This document shows positions 57,153 to 64,000 of a stretch of DNA of 64,000 nucleotides, piece after piece. The stretch comes from Eledone cirrhosa. Its lineage: Eukaryota. Location: assembly GCA_964016885.1 (NCBI GenBank), contig OZ024741.1, positions 131,750,001 to 131,814,000 on the forward strand, given 5' to 3'. Positions within the stretch are counted from its first letter, which is position 1; every line of letters begins with the position of its first letter. The translations under genes were made by a program, and so were the position numbers. The notes below the pieces were generated by a model that saw only the letters and a list, made by a program, of their open reading frames with translations, did not search any database and had not been told where the DNA came from.

Positions 57153-60100
57153 ATGGATGTGTTAAGAGTAGGATGTTTGAATGCACGTGGCCTGGGCTCG
57201 ACTTGGAAGCAAGCAAAGCTTCTAAATGACCTCAGGTCATGTGGTATAAATGTAATGGTTATCTGTGAGACTCGGATCAGCGTCGTGCGGCAGCTGGCCC
57301 CTACCTTCGATGACTTTGAGGTGCATGCATCTCTCTGTCAACCTGGAGGTGGTGGTGGGGTTGTCGTACTGCTGCAAAAACACCTGGGTCTTGCCGTACA
57401 GGTTGTGCACTCGGACCCGGAGGGTCGTTTGTTGGTGCTAGACGTTGGCAGTAGTGAAGGTGCGGCCTTAAGACTGGTCGCCGTCTACTCCCCTTTCGGA
57501 GCTGAACGGCCCGACTTCTTCCAGCGTTTAGAAACTTTTCTGGGAACGTCGCGTTCCCTGCTTCTAGCGGGGGATTGGAATGACATCCTAGATGCACGTT
57601 GGGACTATGCAGGAGCATGTCCTAATAGAGGGGGGTGTAACAGCTTCAAGGGGTTACTCGACCGTTTTAACTTTGTCGATAGATATCGACTAGATTTTCC
57701 AACTGTGCCTACCTGGACTTGGAGAAACCACAGTGATCAATCTAGATCGTACTTAGATAGATTCTTAGTTAGAAGTAAGGATAGGGACATATTAAGCTGT
57801 CCAGAAATGCGCACGGTTGGCTACACGGATCACAAATTAGTGACCTGCGTAGTCAATCTCGAGAAAACACATAAACAGGGTCTCGGTTACTGGAAACTTA
57901 ATTTGTCTTTACCGGCAAAAGAGACTTACAGAAACCGGATTAGCAGATTAGTTAAGGAGAGGTTGACGGGTGCAATCGTCAACAACCGATGGTGGGCATC
58001 TCTCAAAAGAGAGATTAAAACAGAATCAATAAGTTATAGCAAGATGTTAGCTGCCGATAGGAATAGAAACGAGAAAGAATTAACAGGTAAATTAGAAGAG
58101 GCAATCAAGAACGAAGATGTGGCCAGAGTGCTGGTATCGAGGACGGCCTTGAACCAGTTTTTCGATGCAAAGCACGAAGGCTGCGTCATTCGAAGTAAAA
58201 TACGTGCTCTAGGTAATGAGGGGGCCAAAGCCATTGGCTGGGCCCGCGTGACAGAAGCTAAGAGTGGAAATCGATCCACCATCCGGTCGTTGCAAAACGA
58301 AGATGGACGGGTGATCCGGGAGCCTAAGCAGATGTGTGAGGCCTTTCAAAGGCACTTTGCCCGATTGTTCGGGGGAGGCGAGGGTCCGGGCGGGGACGTG
58401 GATTTCGGTCCATACCTCGACGGCCTGCCGCGTCTCTCGAGCGAAGAGGCAGAGTCCTGCGAGGGACCAATCTCGGCTGATGAGATCGGAGATGCGCTGA
58501 GCCAATGCAGCAGACGCAAATCTCCAGGTCTCGATGGTATACCTTACGAACTTTATTTAGCAATGCCGGTCTTCTTCTCCGAACTCCTCGAAGCGGTCTA
58601 CTACAATTGGCAGCAGAACGGGAGAATTCCTTATTCTGTAGCCAAGGGCGTAGTCACGCTGGTGAGGAAGGACGAGAACAAGGGAGATAGTATAAATAAT
58701 TTTCGGCCCATAACCCTGCTAAACACAGAGTTAAAGATTTTGGCCAAGGTGTTAGCAAAGAGGTTGGCGCTTGTCGTGGGTGGCCTGGTGGGAGATGCGC
58801 AGACATGTGCTATCCCATCCAGGTCCATTCACGATAACCTCCACCTCATGCGATACATCATAGAGAGGGTTGGCAACAAACCCGGCTTCGGTGGGGCCCT
58901 GATCAACTTGGATCAGTCTAAGGCCTTCGATAGGGTCGACCATGGTTACCAGGATGCGGTGCTAGCGGCGGCTGGGTTCGGTCCTGTTTTCAGAGGCTGG
59001 ATCACTGCCTTACATAGCAACCACATCTGTTCTAGGATCAAGGTGAACGGCTACCTTTCGAAGCCGTTCGAAATCACACGATCCATTCGACAGGGGTGCC
59101 CTCTCTCCTCCCTTCTGTACGTATTGACTGTCGAGCCTTTACTGAGGAAGTTGGAGTTGTTGCAGGGTATCCCCCTGGAACCAGGATTGAACAAAGCAGT
59201 GTCGGCCTACGCCGATGACGTAACAGTAATGGTATCGACCGACTCGGAGATCGAGGCGATCGGTACCTTACTGGAGGATTACGAAAGGTTGTCAGGAGCG
59301 AAACTGAACCGGGAAAAATCCATCGGGCTGCAACTCGGAACGTGGAGAGGCAGACCGATGCCTCCCGACGGTGTCGTCGGACACTGGACGGAGGGCCCGG
59401 TAAAGTTGCTAGGTGTCTGGTTTGGACCGGACCTCCAGGTGGAAAAGAACTGGAACGAGGTTACGAACAAGGTGTTTGCACTAACCCAGAAATGGGCCAA
59501 GTGTAAGCTGTCCCTAAAAGGCCGGGCGGAGGTGGCGAACATTTACATAGCGTCCGTCACTTACTACCGCCTGACTGTCGTGCCTTGCCCTAAGGAAACA
59601 CTCACCACCATGGAACGCATGCTCTTCCAATTTCTTTGGAAGAAACGCCCTCCTATGGTGAGAAGATCCATCTGCTGCCAACAACCTTCGAAAGGAGGGC
59701 TGGGGATGCCGTGGTTGATGATGCGTAGGCACGCATTAAGGCTACGGCACCTACAGGTATTCCTCACTGGTCAACCGGTGTGGGCTCCGTTCGTGAAACG
59801 AGCCTTTCCGAGACTCGTCTCGCTCACCGAGCTACAGTCCTGGGTCAAGCAAAGATCCGGAAAACTGGGAGACTGGCACACTGAGTGTGCTCAGGCGCTC
59901 AGGGCTCTCTGGCAAGCGGGCCAGGCCATCGGTGGAGAATCCACCTCATCATTCTATAGAGGACTGGTGGCTAGCAGGGGCGATGACACCCTTGGAGAGT
60001 CGCTGGACATGGAAGAAGACGACCTGGCCAGCCTGTTCGGTAGGACTTTCGGCCCAGGACCAATGGACAACTTCCAGAAGTCACTGGCCTGGCAGTGCTA

Positions 60101-60590
60101 CTGAGGGGCTCTACCCGTTCGAGAGAGGCTCTACAGACACGGGCGCCCGGGCAGGGATCCCTCAAAAAAGATTTGCCCTAGATGCGTGCGTCACGAAGAA
60201 ACCGTTGCGCACGCATTGGTGCAATGTTCGGGCGTGGCTGATCTGTGGGGCTACGCCGAACGACTGCTGTCGCGGGTGGCGCCGATTCAGTTGACCGCCG
60301 AGTCCGTGATGACAATCAAACCGCCTCCCCTCTTCACAAAGGAAGCAAAGGCGGTTTTTCTGTGCGTAATAGCCATGTTGAAAGAGGTTGTTTGGTGGAC
60401 ACGATTGAAAGGTCTGAGGTCAGGCAACTTCCTCTCTGGCCATAGTCTGGTCTACTTCTTCCGATATCACTTCGGAAGAAGGATAAGAATGGAGAGAGAG
60501 GTGCTTGGCCACAGGCAGTTTTATGAAAGGTGGGTGATAGTGGCGAGAATGGCTCGTGTAAATGGGCCTTCTCTGTATACCATCCTGTAG
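57153..60590 (+). CDS. LINE ORF2: APE endonuclease, reverse transcriptase and C-terminal zinc finger; single in-frame TGA at 60102-60104
   Basis: LNARGL, ICET, AGDWN, YLDRFLV, TDHKLV (APE); KSPGLDG, FRPITLLN, DQSKAFDRVDH, RQGCPLS, YADD (RT). The same frame continues GALPVRERL..CPRC..EETVAHALVQC to TAG at 60590. Confidence 0.95.
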
Positions 60591-60932
60591 GTAAAGAAGT
60601 AAAGGAGAGGGGAGCACCTTCTCCATGTGCTCCCCGGGCAAAGGATTGCACACTTTTTCGGGGGTGTGTGCAACCCCCAGCACGTCCCCTCCCTTTTGAG
60701 GTTATTTTCGATTATTTTCATTTTATACCCTTTTTACTCGATTGTATGTAAACTCCCCCTTTGTATTTGTCCCTTCTTTTTATGCCTTTATGGTAAATAA
60801 AGAAATATATATTACTACTAGTACGACGAAAACGACAGCGAAGTTATACTACTAGCTATAGCAATGTTGCTGCTGCTGCTGCTACTGCTACTTCTAATAT
60901 CAATGCTACTACTACTGCTGCTGCTGCTGCTG

Positions 60933-61004
<72 letters not shown>

Positions 61005-61055
61005 TTCGTATAGATATATAGAGAAACAAGCAATCAGACAGATGAACAAATGCAG

Positions 61056-61101
<46 letters not shown>

Positions 61102-61296
61102 CTTCACCATTTTGTTTGTTTACCCTCGCGTCCCCTTTATTTACGTGTCCCAACGACTTTTTTTAGCCGTTGCTCGCACCAACCGGAGGTATATGGTCTT
61201 TAAAGCGATGAAATGCCTATGATGGTTGGAAGATCACTGATGAAGGACAAACTTTTTTCATATGTAACCCATTTGCAACCCCACAGCGCCCTTATT

Positions 61297-61332
<36 letters not shown>

Positions 61333-61333
<1 letters not shown>

Positions 61334-61600
61334 ATAATGGAAACTATCTTTATAAAACGATAAGTTCCCTGTTTTGGGATATGTCACTATCTATAAAACA
61401 GCTTTTGTATTCTATCTGATGAGAGCGTACCAAAAATGTTGGTACCCTTGAAATATATATAATAAAATAAATGTGGTTTTATAAAGATAGTTTCCATTTA
61501 TTAATATTATTGATATTATACTCCAGAAGAAAAATCTGTAGAGTGCTTTGAATCTGTTATAAATAAATTGAATAACCAACAAATTAAATAACCCTTTGCT
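61333..61600 (+). mobile_element. Hammerhead mini-element (same family as 21353-21756) with a short inverted arm
   Basis: CTGATGA-GAGCGTACCA..TGGTACCCTT-GAAA at 61416-61453. 61333-61358 is inverted at 61476-61503. (TA)n flanks. Confidence 0.8.
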
Positions 61601-61621
61601 TATATATATATATATATATAC

Positions 61622-61702
<81 letters not shown>

Positions 61703-62054
61703 GTGAGTGAGAGAGAGAGAGGTGGATAGATGGATAGCTAGCTAGCTAACAAGATAGATAGATAGATAGATCGCTATGTAGCTAATGCTGCTTAATGTGT
61801 TGACCACAAGTTATAATTTATTCCTTGTGTTTCTTCTATCCCACATCATCTTTAATTATCAATTTGAATGTAGCAAAGAGCGGAACGAAGAGCTAAGGAA
61901 ATCAAATATATGTCGTTGCCAATATTTCACTTTTACCTTCAACTCACCGCCGATTCGATTAGCAAAGCAATATAGGGGCGCCATCTTACTTCAGTGTCTT
62001 ATGGTTGTATTTGCGCATGTAAGTGAATGTAAGTTTGAGCTTACATATAAGTAG

Positions 62055-62285
62055 GTATGAGTTTGTGTTTGGATATGTATGTGTTTGTATATATGTGTGT
62101 ATGTTTGTAAGTGTATGTAAGTTTACATTTAAGTTGGTAGGAATTTATGTTTATATAAGTATGAGTTTGTATATGTGTGTGTTTGTATATATGTAAGTGG
62201 ATGTAAGTTTGAGTTTACATTTAAGTTAGGTATGTGATTGTGTTTATATAAGTATGAGTCTGTATATATCTGGGTGTGTTTATAT
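62055..62285. repeat. Degenerate GT-rich minisatellite
   Basis: Recurrent gtatgagtttgt...gtttacatttaagtt units. Confidence 0.6.
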
Positions 62286-62296
62286 ATATATATATA

Positions 62297-62351
<55 letters not shown>

Positions 62352-63364
62352 GCGTGTGCGTGTGTGTGTGCGTGTGTGTGTGTGTGTAAATATATGAGCG
62401 TATAGGGGTTTTTGAATAAATATGCGTATATCTGTGTATGTCTGGAAATGTTTGTGCGGGGTATGATCGCGTACGTTTGCTTTGATGCGTGTATTTTAGT
62501 GAGTTAATATGTAAATGTATGCGTGCGTGAAATTTTATGTTCTTCGTTTCGATGTGTTTGTATGCGTATATTTATATGTTTATGTTCATCTATGCATGTT
62601 TGTGTGTATGTATTCGTGTTGTATATATGCATTGAATTTCTGTATGCATGTGCGTTGTTGAACCTGTGATTTAATGCGCTTTTGAGTTTATCATATATGT
62701 ATGCACATGTATGTATGTGTATGTGAGTGTGTATGTAAGTTTGTGAAAGATAACATGACTATGTTTATGTCTTTCTTTCATACTGTATATTTTGAATCTC
62801 TGTGTATTTATTTATCATGTGTTCTCTCTATTGCTTCTGCATCTCCCCTTCACTATTTCAGTGTGTTTACGTATATGTACATGTGTGTGTATGTGTGTGT
62901 ATTATGTACATGTGTGTGTATGTGTGTGTGTTTCTCCCCTGTACTATGAAATTTATTTCACTATGTGTATATATTAAGGACTGTTCATATCTATTCTTTT
63001 TCATTCTCCACCAATGTGTTTGCAAGAGAGGTAGAAAGAAAGCAAGAGAAATATAGAGTGTGAGATATTGGGAGTGTGTAAATGTTTGCATGTGTATCTA
63101 ATATAGCGTTATACACTAAGCTTATATATCATGTTCTCTTTCTCTCTTTGTCTCTCTCTCTCTCTCTCTTTCTCTCTCTATATCTCTCTCTCTCTCTCTC
63201 TCTCTATCACTCGGTCTCTCTCTATCATTCGCCCCCGCCCCCTCTCTCTCTCTCTCTATGTCCATATAAATATATTTATATGTGTTTGTGTGCGTGAGTG
63301 TTTGTGAATATATATATATATATATATATATGTTTGTGTGTATTTATATATATATATATATATA

Positions 63365-63420
63365 TGTGTAAGTATGTGTGTATACGTACATACATATATG
63401 TATACAGACGTACAGTAGCA

Positions 63421-63506
<86 letters not shown>

Positions 63507-63956
63507 CATACATATATATACATACAGGTACACATACATATATGCACGTATCAGTTTAGCAGACTTTTATTATAACGCCGCTTTGTTCGTTTGTAAACAA
63601 ACTGAACAGCCTGAATTTTTATGCCATACGGTGTTAAGGCAACCACGTCACCTTTTTGTTCAACACTGACACAGGAACGATGTACTAGTTTCAAGCTTGT
63701 TAGCTATCATCAGCACCGTATACCCATCTGCCAGATAGTTGAAGGTTCGAAAGTATATACTTTCCTTATGGAAATTAACGGCTGAGCAGCCTAATTTGCA
63801 TATCGAGTGAGCTAAGTCGGTCAGGCATACCGAAAACGATGAGTTGAAAAAAAAATGAAAACGAAATTTCATTTCTCACTCTTAGTACGGCACTTACTTA
63901 AATGTAAGTATGTGTGTATACGTACATACATATATGTATACAGACGTACAGTAGCA

Positions 63957-63960
<4 letters not shown>
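63365..63960. mobile_element. (TA)n-flanked element with a 60-bp direct terminal repeat and a minus-strand hammerhead
   Basis: 63366-63424 is repeated at 63903-63960. CTGATGA-TAGCTAACAAGCTT-GAAAC-TA-GTA on the minus strand at 63683-63713. Confidence 0.8.

Positions 63961-64000
<40 letters not shown>

Larger units (their letters stand above)
55095..60808 (+). mobile_element. Near full-length Tx1/L1-clade LINE
   Basis: Structured 5' UTR, gag-like ORF1, APE-RT ORF2, and a 3' UTR ending aataaagaaa. Confidence 0.93.

Noticed and set aside
57301-60751. Antisense and alternate-frame ORFs over LINE ORF2
   Set aside because: By-products of the GC-richer coding sequence, with no motifs.
55085-60820. 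Target-site duplication for the Tx1 LINE (tacta)
   Set aside because: Too short and in low-complexity flanks, so the 5' boundary stays approximate.

Overview
Eukaryotic, AT-rich, microsatellite-saturated intergenic or intronic DNA with no host exon I can support. The repeat complement suggests a coleoid cephalopod (Octopus-like); this is an inference. The window holds one near-intact Tx1/L1-type LINE (~55.1-60.8 kb) and fragments of RTE, R4/Dong, CRE, CR1-like and Penelope retroelements. It also holds a probable non-autonomous Helitron, many tRNA-derived SINEs, an RTE-derived bipartite SINE family, and several families of small (TA)n-embedded fold-back elements with hammerhead-ribozyme motifs. 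Two signals stand out. (1) An R4/Dong fragment at ~18.0-18.7 kb whose departures from conserved motifs are almost all explained by sense-strand A->G changes, as if ADAR-hyperedited RNA had been reverse-transcribed into the genome. (2) Penelope-type hammerhead mini-elements whose inverted arm appears to be rebuilt at each insertion, in one family pivoting on the ribozyme stem II. All alignments were done by eye and boundaries are approximate.
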